Shown here one piece after another: positions 36,343-45,782 of a DNA stretch of 47,504 bases. Source of the stretch: Sedimentisphaerales bacterium (lineage in GTDB: Bacteria > Planctomycetota > Phycisphaerae > Sedimentisphaerales > Anaerohalosphaeraceae); contig JAFGKL010000033.1 of assembly GCA_016928585.1 (NCBI GenBank), forward strand, positions 1 through 47,504, written 5' to 3'. The notes beneath the pieces are model-generated. The model was not told where the DNA came from. It was given only the letters and a program-made list of their open reading frames with translations, and searched no databases. The translations under genes were made by a program, and so were the position numbers. Numbering within the stretch: the stretch's first letter is position 1; each line of letters begins with the position of its first letter.

Positions 36343-39300
36343 TCATTTTTGATCCGAAGTCTTTTTTTTGCCTGACAAAAGTATTGGTGCTGCTATGGCG
36401 ATCGAAGAGTAAGTACCGGCAATAATACCGATCAGCATTGCGAAAGTGAAACCTCTAAGTCCAGCACCGCCCCAGATGTACATGACCAGGACAACCAAAA
36501 ATGTTGTCAATGAAGTTAACAGTGTTCTTGATAGAGTCTGGTTGATGCTGTTTGTTATCACTTGCGGGTTAAGGTTTGTGAGCTTTCCCCTGTTTTCACG
36601 TATTCGGTCAAATACGACAATGGTATCATTAAGAGAATAACCGATGATCGTCAAAAATGCGGCAATCATTTCTAGGTTGATCTTGAAGTCCTGGATCAAT
36701 AGAGCTTTTCCTATTGGGGTGCCGGCGATATAAGTACAGACGGTAACGGCACCAAGCGTAATACAAACGTCGTGGACAAGAGCGACAATAGCGGCAAGGC
36801 CGTATCTTGCAGTACCGAATCTTATCCATATATAACCTACGATAGCGATGAGCGAAAGAATGATCGCAATCAAGGCACGAGTTTTTGCCTGGTGGCCGAT
36901 CGAGGGGTCGATCTGTGTTACGCGTGCAAGCGTAGTCTGAAGTTGTATTGCCTTTGTCACCTTTGTTTTTTCGTTGTCGACAAAACGATCCCATTCATCG
37001 CTGTCGAGATCTCTGTAGCCTGCTTCCGGGTGGATACTTACATATACGAAACTGTCGGTAACGGTTTCCGGGTCAGGGATGGAGAGATCGGCATCGAGAA
37101 TTTGATAGCGGAACCATTCAAGGTCCTGAGCATCAGGTTTAAAGCGAACGTCCTCAAGACGAGTAGTAATGTCTTCGAAAGTTGTCTGTTTTTCAAGCTG
37201 GCATAGAAGCTGTATCCCGCCGATATAATCTGCCAGTTCAACGGCAACTTCGGATACCTTGGTAACAGAAGTTATATTAATACCAAGGTCCTCCCTGACG
37301 GCCAGCAGACCCTCAAAGGCCTCCCTGACAGCCCGGCTAACGATCTCATTGACTACCGGATCGGAAACTTCTGCAGAGTCACCAAACGTATTTTGCAGGA
37401 ACTCTTTTACGGAAGCTTTGTTTACCTGAGATGTTGAAATCGTAAAAGTTTTACTGTCGGCGGTTTCTACAGAAAGATTTAAGAGCGTTATCGAAGAATT
37501 CTTTTTGGCGTTTTCGATTATTGCTTTTACAGATTCAACTGTCTGGCCGGGATCATTAAAAGTTATCTCGGTAGATGTTTTATTTGTTTCCGTGGTACTT
37601 ATAGCAAACTGCAGTCCACTGTCACCTATGCTGTATACTTTTGCGGCTGCAAGGTCGGCACTGTCGTATTCTGCGGCTTTACTTCTAATAATAGATTCGA
37701 CCATGGCCCGATCATAGCCTGTTCCTTCTTTAAGGTTTATTTCTACTCTTGTGCCGCCGGTGAACTCGATATCGTATTTGCTGTTTTCGTCAGAGTTCCT
37801 GTTGAAAAACACAAACATACCGCCGGCAATAAGTATTATTGATATAGTGAAGAATATCTTGCGGAGGCCCATCCAGTTGATATCAGCGCTTTTGATCAAA
37901 CGCAGCATAACTATGTGATCCCTGAGTATTCTGTTTTCGACGAGGAAGTCGAATATGACCCTTGTTACGAAAAGGGCGGTGAACATACTCGAACCGATAC
38001 CGAGCATAAGAACGATAGCAAAACCCTTTATTTCTTCCGATGCTACCATGTAAAGAATCAGAGCGGTAATAAAGGTTGTGATATTCGCATCAAAGATGGT
38101 TCTAAAAGCTCTTTGATAACCGTTTGCGATAGCGGTACGGATGGATGACCCGCGTTGCTGTTCTTCGCGAATACGTTCAAAAATCAGTACGTTTGCGTCA
38201 ACACTCATTCCGATCGTCAGGATGATAGCAGCGATGCCGGGAAGTGTAAATGTTGCGCCGAACATTGCCATCATTGCAAGAACAAATATCAGGTTCATTA
38301 CAAGTGCTATGTCTGCGATGGAACCTGCAAGCAGATAGTATATCAGCATAAAGACAGCAACCGCAGCCAGGCCGATAAATCCCGCATTCATGCCCTGATC
38401 CCTGTTGTCGGCACCTATGGCAGGGCCGATGCTTTTTTCCGAGATAGGTACGTCAGAGAGTCTTGCGGGGAACGAGCCTGCATTGAGCTTATTGACCATG
38501 TCTTCAACTTCTTCCTGCGTGAAGTTGCCTGTTATGGTGCCATTTGCCCGAATTGCAGTCTCAATGTTCGGAGCTGAAATGGCGATATCATCAAGGATTA
38601 TGCAAAGAGGCCTTCCAATATTGTTCTTTGTTACATTGTAGAATAATTTTGCAGCGGCTTCATCGTGCGTAAAACCTATTGCCCTTCGTCCCATCTGGTC
38701 AACGGTGGGACGTGCTTTTTTGAGTTTCCATTTTTTTCCTCCCTGAAGCATAGACTCATTTTTCTGATTGCTTGCCAGCACATAGGTTTTTTCTCCGAAG
38801 TCACCCAAAACACCGTTGGCGTGCCATGCTTGAAGGTCTTCAATCTGTACCCATACGTACTTGCTGTCTGATGCTTGCTTGGGGCCCTTAAGTTTTAAAG
38901 CTTCAAGATATCCACGAAGCTGCGATTCGGTTGCTTTGCCATCACCCGGGATGGGGAGTATTCTGAATGAGAGGACGCCTGCACCTTTTAACATTCTCTT
39001 TAAGTCTTCAGGGTCATCGAGTCTTCCGCCTACAACTCTGTACTCATCAAAAGCGGTGACTACGTTGTCTATCTTATCTACTCGGTCTGGGAAATTAGCT
39101 TTGATCTCCTCGAGATCTTTGGTTCTCTGCATTGAATCTTCAGGTAGATCAAGTACATCGGTCAGATATTGGATATTAAGATTCAGTTCGGAGAGCTTTG
39201 CAGCGGCATTGTTATATACCGTGTGTTTTCCTGTTTCCGGCTCTGCAAGGTCATTTACAGCATCTGCCCACTTTTTATAAGCGTTCAGGTAATTCTTGAC

Positions 39301-39984
39301 GAGTTCGTTGTTGCTTTGGGAAGTTTTGGAGGCAAGAAAATCTTCGATCTGTTTGTTTAGATCGGACTTTTTAAGTTTTAACCAATTTGAAGCCATTATT
39401 CTGACGGAGTCCGTGTCAATATCCTCAGCTTTAAGCTTTTGACCGACTTCCTCCATTTGTTTTGCGTAGGTGTCTCTTGCGTCCTGCTGTTGTTTTCTTT
39501 GGTCGTAGGCTTCTGCGATGTTGCTAAGGATGTCTAACTTCTGCTGGGAACCGGCTGCGAAATCATTGAATACTTTCTGTCTTTCGTCAGGGTCCATGGA
39601 AAGAGCCTTTTTTATGACGAGCAAATTGGCATTTTCTTTTTCGAGTGTATCAAGAGCGGCTACGAATGTTTTTCGTTTTTGTATTGTGTCTGCACTTGAA
39701 ACCGGTAGCTGTATCTCAATGCGCGTATCGCCCAATGGGCGCATGACTATGTTTGCGACATTGGTTGGATCTATCCTTTTTAAGAGGATCGGGATCATTC
39801 TCTGTGCGATACCTTTTCTTTCGGTCGCGTCAAGTCCCTGAGTGTCTATATCATAGATGAGACTTGTGCCGCCAGCCAGATCAAGGCCGGGTTTGAGGTT
39901 TTCCTGCGGTGGGTAAAGCCTTAAAACCGCGAAAATAATAAGGAATACGATCAGTCCTAATTTCCAAATCAGATTTTTCTTCAT
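36343..39984 (-). CDS. secDF: fused protein-export membrane protein SecDF (oversized)
   Basis: 1213 aa from MKKNLIWKLGLIVFLIIF. SecD core: GMSVDANVLIFERIREE. SecF core: GYSLNDTIVVFDRIREN. It lies downstream of yajC and tgt, as in the classical tgt-yajC-secDF operon. Confidence 0.93.
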   Translation of the reverse strand: MKKNLIWKLGLIVFLIIFAVLRLYPPQENLKPGLDLAGGTSLIYDIDTQGLDATERKGIAQRMIPILLKRIDPTNVANIVMRPLGDTRIEIQLPVSSADTIQKRKTFVAALDTLEKENANLLVIKKALSMDPDERQKVFNDFAAGSQQKLDILSNIAEAYDQRKQQQDARDTYAKQMEEVGQKLKAEDIDTDSVRIMASNWLKLKKSDLNKQIEDFLASKTSQSNNELVKNYLNAYKKWADAVNDLAEPETGKHTVYNNAAAKLSELNLNIQYLTDVLDLPEDSMQRTKDLEEIKANFPDRVDKIDNVVTAFDEYRVVGGRLDDPEDLKRMLKGAGVLSFRILPIPGDGKATESQLRGYLEALKLKGPKQASDSKYVWVQIEDLQAWHANGVLGDFGEKTYVLASNQKNESMLQGGKKWKLKKARPTVDQMGRRAIGFTHDEAAAKLFYNVTKNNIGRPLCIILDDIAISAPNIETAIRANGTITGNFTQEEVEDMVNKLNAGSFPARLSDVPISEKSIGPAIGADNRDQGMNAGFIGLAAVAVFMLIYYLLAGSIADIALVMNLIFVLAMMAMFGATFTLPGIAAIILTIGMSVDANVLIFERIREEQQRGSSIRTAIANGYQRAFRTIFDANITTFITALILYMVASEEIKGFAIVLMLGIGSSMFTALFVTRVIFDFLVENRILRDHIVMLRLIKSADINWMGLRKIFFTISIILIAGGMFVFFNRNSDENSKYDIEFTGGTRVEINLKEGTGYDRAMVESIIRSKAAEYDSADLAAAKVYSIGDSGLQFAISTTETNKTSTEITFNDPGQTVESVKAIIENAKKNSSITLLNLSVETADSKTFTISTSQVNKASVKEFLQNTFGDSAEVSDPVVNEIVSRAVREAFEGLLAVREDLGINITSVTKVSEVAVELADYIGGIQLLCQLEKQTTFEDITTRLEDVRFKPDAQDLEWFRYQILDADLSIPDPETVTDSFVYVSIHPEAGYRDLDSDEWDRFVDNEKTKVTKAIQLQTTLARVTQIDPSIGHQAKTRALIAIILSLIAIVGYIWIRFGTARYGLAAIVALVHDVCITLGAVTVCTYIAGTPIGKALLIQDFKINLEMIAAFLTIIGYSLNDTIVVFDRIRENRGKLTNLNPQVITNSINQTLSRTLLTSLTTFLVVLVMYIWGGAGLRGFTFAMLIGIIAGTYSSIAIAAPILLSGKKKTSDQK

Positions 39985-40030
39985 AGCCTCTTTCCAAATT
40001 GTAAAATTATAAAGCTGTTTTTTTGATAAT

Positions 40031-40456
40031 TTAGTTCGTTTCTTCCGAAATAACCGTGCTGATGGCACCGGAGGAGACCTTCATTTTTGTATTATTCGAT
40101 TCGTCGATCTTTAATGTGATAACATCGTCTTTGACATCCATAACCGTTCCAAAGATGCCGCCAATAGTTCTTACGCGAGCATTTTTCTGCAGTGACTGAA
40201 CCATCTGCTGATGTTTTTGCTGTTTTTTCTTTGGCCCCCTGAGAACAAAAAAGTACATTGCGATCATTATAACACCAAGGAATATCATGTTGTAGTAACC
40301 TGACGGCCTGGCAGGCGGTGGTGTGGCCTGATCAGGAGCAGTTTGTGATCCGTCCTGAGCGGAGGTATATGTTACGGTTTGCGATGAAGAGTCTATGTTC
40401 TCGCTGGTGATGATATCTTCATCGCCGGCCTGAGCTAAGATCGAAATATACTTCAT
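40031..40456 (-). CDS. yajC: preprotein translocase subunit YajC (extended N-terminus)
   Basis: 141 aa. GAAGGGA lies upstream. A TM helix is followed by FFVLRGPKKKQQKHQQMVQSLQKNARVRTIGGIFGTV. Confidence 0.85.
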   Translation of the reverse strand: MKYISILAQAGDEDIITSENIDSSSQTVTYTSAQDGSQTAPDQATPPPARPSGYYNMIFLGVIMIAMYFFVLRGPKKKQQKHQQMVQSLQKNARVRTIGGIFGTVMDVKDDVITLKIDESNNTKMKVSSGAISTVISEETN

Positions 40457-40510
40457 TTTTAATCCCTTCTATCTTTCTTGAAAAGTTCTTATTATTTTAT
40501 TAATATACAG

Positions 40511-41632
40511 TTACGATTCTGTCGTTTTGTATTTGTCGTTTTCAATGGTTTTTTTTGCCCATTCATCAAATGTATCATTGTTTATTGTTTCTTTTGTCTT
40601 TTCTAATAATTGCTGGAAGTAGCTTATATTATGTATCGAGAGCAATATCGGGCCTAACATTTCGCCAACATTAAAAAAGTGCCTTATTGCTCCTCGTGAG
40701 AAATTTTGGCAGCAATAACATTGGCAATTTTCATCGACCGGTTTTGTCTGTTGTGTATTTTCTGAGTTTCTCAGCTTTAATGGGCCGTTATTAGTAAAAG
40801 CAAATCCGTTTCTGCCGTTCCTTGTCGGCAGCACACAGTCGAACATGTCTATGCCGGCTCTAATTGCTGCTATAATATCAGCCGGCATCCCGACGCCCAT
40901 AAGATATCGCGGCTTATTTTCCGGCAAGAGGGGAGCTGTAAACTCAACTGTTTTTATCATGTTCTGATGTCCTTCGCCGACGCTAAGCCCTCCAATAGCG
41001 TAGCCATCAAAATCCATCTCGATGAGTTCTTTTGAGCATGCTTTTCTGAGCTCTTGGTCGATTCCGCCCTGAACAATGCCAAAAAGAAGCTGCTTGTCAT
41101 TGTTATGTGTTTGCTTGCATAGTCGAGCCCAGCGAACCGTTCTGTCGACAGCTTTTTTCAGCTTGTCGGCTTCGCAGGGGAAGGGGGTGCATTCGTCAAA
41201 GCACATGATAATGTCGGCGCCGAGTCTGTTCTGTACCCTGGTGGCTATCTTTGCGTCAAGATATATCTTTACCCCGTCGATGTGACTAGCGAATTCGACG
41301 CCATCTTCGCCTATGCGATTAATCGTGCTTAACGAAAAGACCTGATATCCGCCGCTGTCTGTCAGGATGGGGCCGTCCCATGCCATAAGCTTGTGCAGTC
41401 CGCCGAGAGTCTCAACTGCTTCTACGCCCGGTCTGATAAGCATATGGTAGGTATTGGCCAGTACGACTTTTGTCCCGGTTTGCTTTATGGTTTCAGGCAG
41501 GAGACCTTTAACGGTGCCTCTTGTTCCGACGGGCATAAAGACGGGAGTATCAACAAATCCGTGAGCGGTTTTGAGCCGAGCAGTTCTTGCATGGGAATTC
41601 GAGGCTTTCGATATTATCTTAAGATCGTTCAT
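40511..41632 (-). CDS. tgt: tRNA-guanine transglycosylase (queuine tRNA-ribosyltransferase)
   Basis: 373 aa. Motifs: TPVFMPVGT, LTDSGGYQVFS, GLSVGE, and the zinc-site context CQCYCC...IRHF. Confidence 0.95.
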   Translation of the reverse strand: MNDLKIISKASNSHARTARLKTAHGFVDTPVFMPVGTRGTVKGLLPETIKQTGTKVVLANTYHMLIRPGVEAVETLGGLHKLMAWDGPILTDSGGYQVFSLSTINRIGEDGVEFASHIDGVKIYLDAKIATRVQNRLGADIIMCFDECTPFPCEADKLKKAVDRTVRWARLCKQTHNNDKQLLFGIVQGGIDQELRKACSKELIEMDFDGYAIGGLSVGEGHQNMIKTVEFTAPLLPENKPRYLMGVGMPADIIAAIRAGIDMFDCVLPTRNGRNGFAFTNNGPLKLRNSENTQQTKPVDENCQCYCCQNFSRGAIRHFFNVGEMLGPILLSIHNISYFQQLLEKTKETINNDTFDEWAKKTIENDKYKTTES

Positions 41633-41640
41633 TAGAACCT

Positions 41641-42900
41641 TTAATATATCTTTTCAATACTTGCACCCGGGTAATAATATTGCAGTATCTGCTTAAATGA
41701 CTTACCTTTTCTTGCAAGTCTCTGGGCACCGCACTGGCACATGCCGACACCATGGCCAAAACCTTTCCCTGCATAAAACCGGAGTTTGTTGTTGGTTACC
41801 ATGATGCTGCAAAGTGTGCTTTTGATCTTTTTGCTGCCGGAGTCAAGCGTGAGCCTTAAGTCCTCGCCTCTTAAAAAATCTGTTTTGCCGTTCGAGCCTG
41901 TCAGCTTACAGGAATTTATCCTTCCGTAATCGCTCACTTTAGACGGTGTTATATCTACTATCTTTTCAAGTTTTTTAAGACTCGGATATCGTTCGATGAG
42001 TTTTTTGCTAACTGTTTCAAGATTAAACTCTACCATAGGCCAGTAATAAAAACTCGTCTTAGCAACCATTTTACAGTGAGGGCATTTAACGCCGGAAAGC
42101 GGTTTGTAGAAATCTCCGCCGTAGACGTTGGTGCTGTTTTCTGTATGTCCGCCGCATGTCGAACTGTAGTATGTCGGAAAGATGTCTTTAGTTCCGTTGG
42201 AAAGTTTGGTTTTGAGCACCTTGCCTTCGGTTTTTTTAACAGCATCTTTTACAGTTGCAGACTCTGCGGCTACACCCTTGTAAACCTGTGTTGCCTGTGT
42301 TGTGCTGACATCCCAGTTCCTTTTTGCTCCGAACCTTTTTTTGTAGTATAGAGCATAAGTTCTTGCGGCAATCGCCTGCGCCATGAGGGCATCAGGTTCC
42401 CAGTAGTTTGGCATCTCTGCACCGACTACACCATTAAGATAAGCATCAACGGGAACGGCATTGATAACATCGAAGGAATTCTTGTTAGCGATTACTTTTA
42501 AATTACCGCGATACAACTTGCCATTGACCTGTACTACATACGGATCTTTGGGGTTAATGGTAAGACTTCCGGAAAAGAGCTTTTCTCCGACCTGTATTCT
42601 GCCATTTTTCAGGCGGATCTTTACAGTATCCGAAGATGTGAATTTCGAAGCCGAGTCGTTAGCACGGTCGATAACATTAAAACCTGAAGTCGAAGCCACG
42701 ATACATTCTCTTATATTGTCAAAGAGCAAAACTCTTATCCAGAGTTCCTCAGCAGAGTCCATCCCTGCAGTTGTTTCTATCAGTTTTCTTTTCTCACATC
42801 CGGAAAAGAGACTAACAAAAATAAGCACAGAAAAAAAAATTAAAACCCAAAAGGCCCTGAACACGGAACCTCGGGCGGTTTTAGACAATCTGTGCTTCAT
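41641..42900 (-). CDS. SpoIID/LytB-domain protein
   Basis: 419 aa with an N-terminal TM helix. Motifs: YLNGVVGAEMP, ALMAQAIAARTYAL, TYYSSTCGGHTE, GHGVGMCQCGA. Confidence 0.85.
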   Translation of the reverse strand: MKHRLSKTARGSVFRAFWVLIFFSVLIFVSLFSGCEKRKLIETTAGMDSAEELWIRVLLFDNIRECIVASTSGFNVIDRANDSASKFTSSDTVKIRLKNGRIQVGEKLFSGSLTINPKDPYVVQVNGKLYRGNLKVIANKNSFDVINAVPVDAYLNGVVGAEMPNYWEPDALMAQAIAARTYALYYKKRFGAKRNWDVSTTQATQVYKGVAAESATVKDAVKKTEGKVLKTKLSNGTKDIFPTYYSSTCGGHTENSTNVYGGDFYKPLSGVKCPHCKMVAKTSFYYWPMVEFNLETVSKKLIERYPSLKKLEKIVDITPSKVSDYGRINSCKLTGSNGKTDFLRGEDLRLTLDSGSKKIKSTLCSIMVTNNKLRFYAGKGFGHGVGMCQCGAQRLARKGKSFKQILQYYYPGASIEKIY

Positions 42901-42934
42901 ATTATTTTTTGAACCTATGGTACTGGTTTATAAT

Positions 42935-44230
42935 CTACTCGAGTTTTCGCAGGCTCAATCCGAACCCGGTAAGACGTTCCTTAATCTCATTTAGACTTGT
43001 AACTCCGAAATTTTTACATCCGAGAAGCTCGGCTTCGGTTTTGCTTACAAGTTCACCTATCCCTGTAACGCCAAGTTTCGCTAAAGCTCTTCTTGCTCTT
43101 ACAGACAATTCGAGTTCATCAACAGTTTTGTTGAGCATCTCTTCGTCAGCTCCATCTATTTCCTGGTTTGTCAGTGCCGGCATAGGCCCGGAATTATTTT
43201 CTAGAGCCATGCCGAGCGATAGTTGTTTCTGGTTCAATATTTTTTTGATCTCTATGAGTGAAGTTTCACCAAAATTCTTATAGGAAAGGAGTTCGGTTTC
43301 AGAGATCCTCAACAGATCTCCAAGAGTGTTGATGTTCATTTTTTTAAGGCAGTTTCTACTTCTTACGGAAAGCTCGAAATCGGAGATTGGTATTTCGAGT
43401 ATCCGGTTATGCCTGTCAAGCCACTTTTCCTTTTCTTCGTCATATATCATGACCATAGAGCTTTCGATATCTTTTTTAAACAGATTTGCTTTTTTGTGAT
43501 TTGGAAAAGCAGCCAGTACAGCATCTACAAGCCTGATCGCAGCATCAAATTTTCCGGCGTCTTCATATAATACAGCAAGATTGAGCATGGCATTGATCTT
43601 GATCGGGGTGTTTTTCGTTATCTGCTTGTAATAATCCATGGCCACCTGTTCGTCGCCGCGAAGGTCATTCGAAAAACCGAGATGGAAAAGGGCCTCTTGA
43701 TGTTCGGGATCAAGTTCGACAGCAGTGCCGTAATTGTCCAGGGCCTCTTCATACTTTCCCAGAGAGTCAAGGAGCCTTCCGATCTGAAAATGATACTCGG
43801 CGCTTACGTTTTCGAAGTTTGTGCAGGCCTTGAGTTCATTTTCAGCTTTATCGAACATTCCTGCCATTCGGTAGATAGCAGTTTTTTCGAGAGCAATAAC
43901 AAGCGAATCAAGTCCCCCTGCGGCTTTGTCAATCGCTGCGATAGCATCATCAAAAGACTTTAGTTCTCTGAGAGCATAAGCTAAATAAAGAAACTTTTCG
44001 CTCGAGTCTTTTGCCTTATTCAGTTTTTCAACAGCTTGATCGTATTTGCCAAGAATTACGAGACCTATGCCTGCGGCAAGGCTGTTCGAGGAATTCTGTT
44101 CAATTAGTTCTGCAAAGTTCAACTGATTTATTTCACTGCTGTTGACTGCCAGGGCGAGTTCTTTGATCTTTTCTATGGTTGGTAATTCGGTTCCAAATAG
44201 ATCAATATCTGTTTCTATTAATGGTGCCAT
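42935..44230 (-). CDS. TPR-repeat protein with two C-terminal RNA polymerase alpha-subunit CTD-like modules
   Basis: 431 aa. AGGAG lies 9 nt upstream. TPR-like repeats span about aa 50-250. Module 1 is FELSVRSRNCLKKMNINTLGDLLRISETELLSYKNFGETSLIEIKKIL...LSLGMALEN. Module 2 is LELSVRARRALAKLGVTGIGELVSKTEAELLGCKNFGVTSLNEIKERL. Confidence 0.85.
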   Translation of the reverse strand: MAPLIETDIDLFGTELPTIEKIKELALAVNSSEINQLNFAELIEQNSSNSLAAGIGLVILGKYDQAVEKLNKAKDSSEKFLYLAYALRELKSFDDAIAAIDKAAGGLDSLVIALEKTAIYRMAGMFDKAENELKACTNFENVSAEYHFQIGRLLDSLGKYEEALDNYGTAVELDPEHQEALFHLGFSNDLRGDEQVAMDYYKQITKNTPIKINAMLNLAVLYEDAGKFDAAIRLVDAVLAAFPNHKKANLFKKDIESSMVMIYDEEKEKWLDRHNRILEIPISDFELSVRSRNCLKKMNINTLGDLLRISETELLSYKNFGETSLIEIKKILNQKQLSLGMALENNSGPMPALTNQEIDGADEEMLNKTVDELELSVRARRALAKLGVTGIGELVSKTEAELLGCKNFGVTSLNEIKERLTGFGLSLRKLE

Positions 44231-44438
44231 TGATTTTGCTCCTATTTTTTAAAGCTCAATCTGATAATTTATAAAAGTTCCGTATTATTAACACAAACCT
44301 GCAAACCCGGTATTGGGTAAACGCCACATTATAGAGGGCTTGCGGTTATTTGCAAATCAATTTTGGGGGGTATTATACAGGGTGGCTTGAGACAAGACAA
44401 GGACTTTAAGGGTTCAGAATAGCCTCAATCTTTTTATA

Positions 44439-44467
44439 TTGACCACCCGTTCAAAAGACCATAGAAT
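44439..44467 (+). promoter_or_regulatory. sigma70-like promoter TTGACC - 17 nt - TAGAAT upstream of the DUF1080 gene
   Basis: 5/6 match at -35 and 5/6 at -10 with 17-nt spacing. It lies about 70 nt before the SD-supported ATG 44541. Confidence 0.4.
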
Positions 44468-44540
44468 CAGCCCTGCACTACTTTTAAAGAATTTTTTCGA
44501 TCAATAACTGACCGACATGGCCAAATTTAAGGAGAAAATA

Positions 44541-45215
44541 ATGAGGAAGGCTCTGTTTGTATTGATCCTGATAGCATTAGCGGTTAGCGGCTGCAGCACT
44601 AAAAGAACGCAGCTTTTTAACGGTAAAAATATGCATGAGTGGCAGTTCTATCTTGAAGATAAATCAATAGATCCTCTGGATGTGTGGTCAATCGAGGACA
44701 AGGTGACGAGGCACTTGGGTGTGTGGTCCACTAAGGAGAAAGTATTACACTGCAAGGGAACTCCTAACGGCTACATAATGAGCAGGGGCTGGTTCTCGGA
44801 TTACAAGCTGCATCTTGAGTGGCGATGGGTTGAAGAGCCGGGTAACAGCGGAGTGTTACTTCATAAGACCGGCCCTGATAAGCTCTGGCCAAGATCAATT
44901 GAATGTCAATTGGAGGCGGGTAATGCGGGAGATTTCTGGCTGATAGACGGGACAGGTCTTACTGCTAACGGTGAGGTCTTAGGGGGTGAGCCGGGCAAGT
45001 TTATCAATATTAAAAAGAAAAGGCCGAGCAAGGAAAAACAGCAGGGCAAATGGAACCGTTATGATATTTACTGCAAGGACGGCACTGTTAAGTGTTATGT
45101 AAACGGTTTGCTGCAGAATGAGGGGACTAATAGTACGGACATTTCCGGCAGGATATGCCTGCAGAGCGAAGGTGCCCCGATAGAATTCAGAAAAATATAT
45201 GCTGATCCACTTTGA
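44541..45215 (+). CDS. DUF1080 (3-keto-disaccharide hydrolase-like) lipoprotein
   Basis: Start chosen at ATG 44541, with AAGGAG 7 nt upstream. The ORF track begins at 44517. Signal/lipobox MRKALFVLILIALAVSGC. Family-typical GNSGVLLH, ECQL, and C-terminal ICLQSEGAPIEFRKIY. Confidence 0.85.
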   Translation: MRKALFVLILIALAVSGCSTKRTQLFNGKNMHEWQFYLEDKSIDPLDVWSIEDKVTRHLGVWSTKEKVLHCKGTPNGYIMSRGWFSDYKLHLEWRWVEEPGNSGVLLHKTGPDKLWPRSIECQLEAGNAGDFWLIDGTGLTANGEVLGGEPGKFINIKKKRPSKEKQQGKWNRYDIYCKDGTVKCYVNGLLQNEGTNSTDISGRICLQSEGAPIEFRKIYADPL

Positions 45216-45281
45216 TGGGCAGTCATCCGAATCATTTAAAAAAGGCGTTAATATACTATTTAGATGTTTCGCCAGGTATCG

Positions 45282-45695
45282 TTACTTTTTGTACGCCTGA
45301 TCGGGGTTGTAGGTTTTTTCGGCTATGAGTACAAGGTTTTTGTCTGAGCCGGATTTTAGTTTGCGATAGAAGCACGAATCATATCCGACATGGCACTGGC
45401 CCTGGTCAACGGTGACTTTCAATATCAAGCAGTCCTGATCGCAGTCGACTAATATCTGTTTTACCTTCTGGACGTGGCCGGACTGTTCGCCTTTTTTCCA
45501 AAGTTTTTGGCGTGACCGGCTGAAGAAAACAGCATTGCCGGTTTCTATTGTAAGTTTCAGGGCTTCTTCATTCATATAAGCTACCATCAAGACCTGGTTG
45601 GTCTCTATGTCCTGTGAAATAGCTGTGATAAAGCCGTTACTGTCGAATTTTGGTGTAAATTCCAGACCTTCTTCAGTTTTTTTATTGGCTGCCAC
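45282..45695 (-). CDS. hisI: phosphoribosyl-AMP cyclohydrolase (monofunctional)
   Basis: 137 aa with a GTG start and AGGAG 9 nt upstream. Motifs: VLMVAYMNEEAL, SRSRQKLWKKGEQSGH, DCDQDCLILKV...CHVGYDSCFY. Confidence 0.92.
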   Translation of the reverse strand: MAANKKTEEGLEFTPKFDSNGFITAISQDIETNQVLMVAYMNEEALKLTIETGNAVFFSRSRQKLWKKGEQSGHVQKVKQILVDCDQDCLILKVTVDQGQCHVGYDSCFYRKLKSGSDKNLVLIAEKTYNPDQAYKK

Positions 45696-45782
45696 CTTAA
45701 ATTCTCCTAAAATGTTTTAGCATCAATACGGGTAGTTTTAACCGTTTACACGGATGAAAACAAGTATTTTAAGGAAATACTA

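Noticed and set aside
39985-40068. A longer SecDF start (MPSARLFRKKRTKLSKK...) overlapping the 3' end of yajC.
   Set aside because: MKKNLIWKLGLIVFLIIF at 39984 matches the usual SecD N-terminal helix. The extension would overlap yajC by 38 nt.
44231-44438. The upstream part of the 310-bp gap before the DUF1080 gene as a riboswitch or sRNA (GGGTGG ... CCACCC pairing about 55 nt apart).
   Set aside because: Only a 6-bp long-range complement is present and I recognised no riboswitch core. The region also has to hold the divergent promoter of the TPR/alpha-CTD gene.
44517-44540. The earlier ATG for the DUF1080 gene (MAKFKEKI...).
   Set aside because: ATG 44541 has a strong AAGGAG 7 nt upstream and starts directly with the lipoprotein signal peptide.
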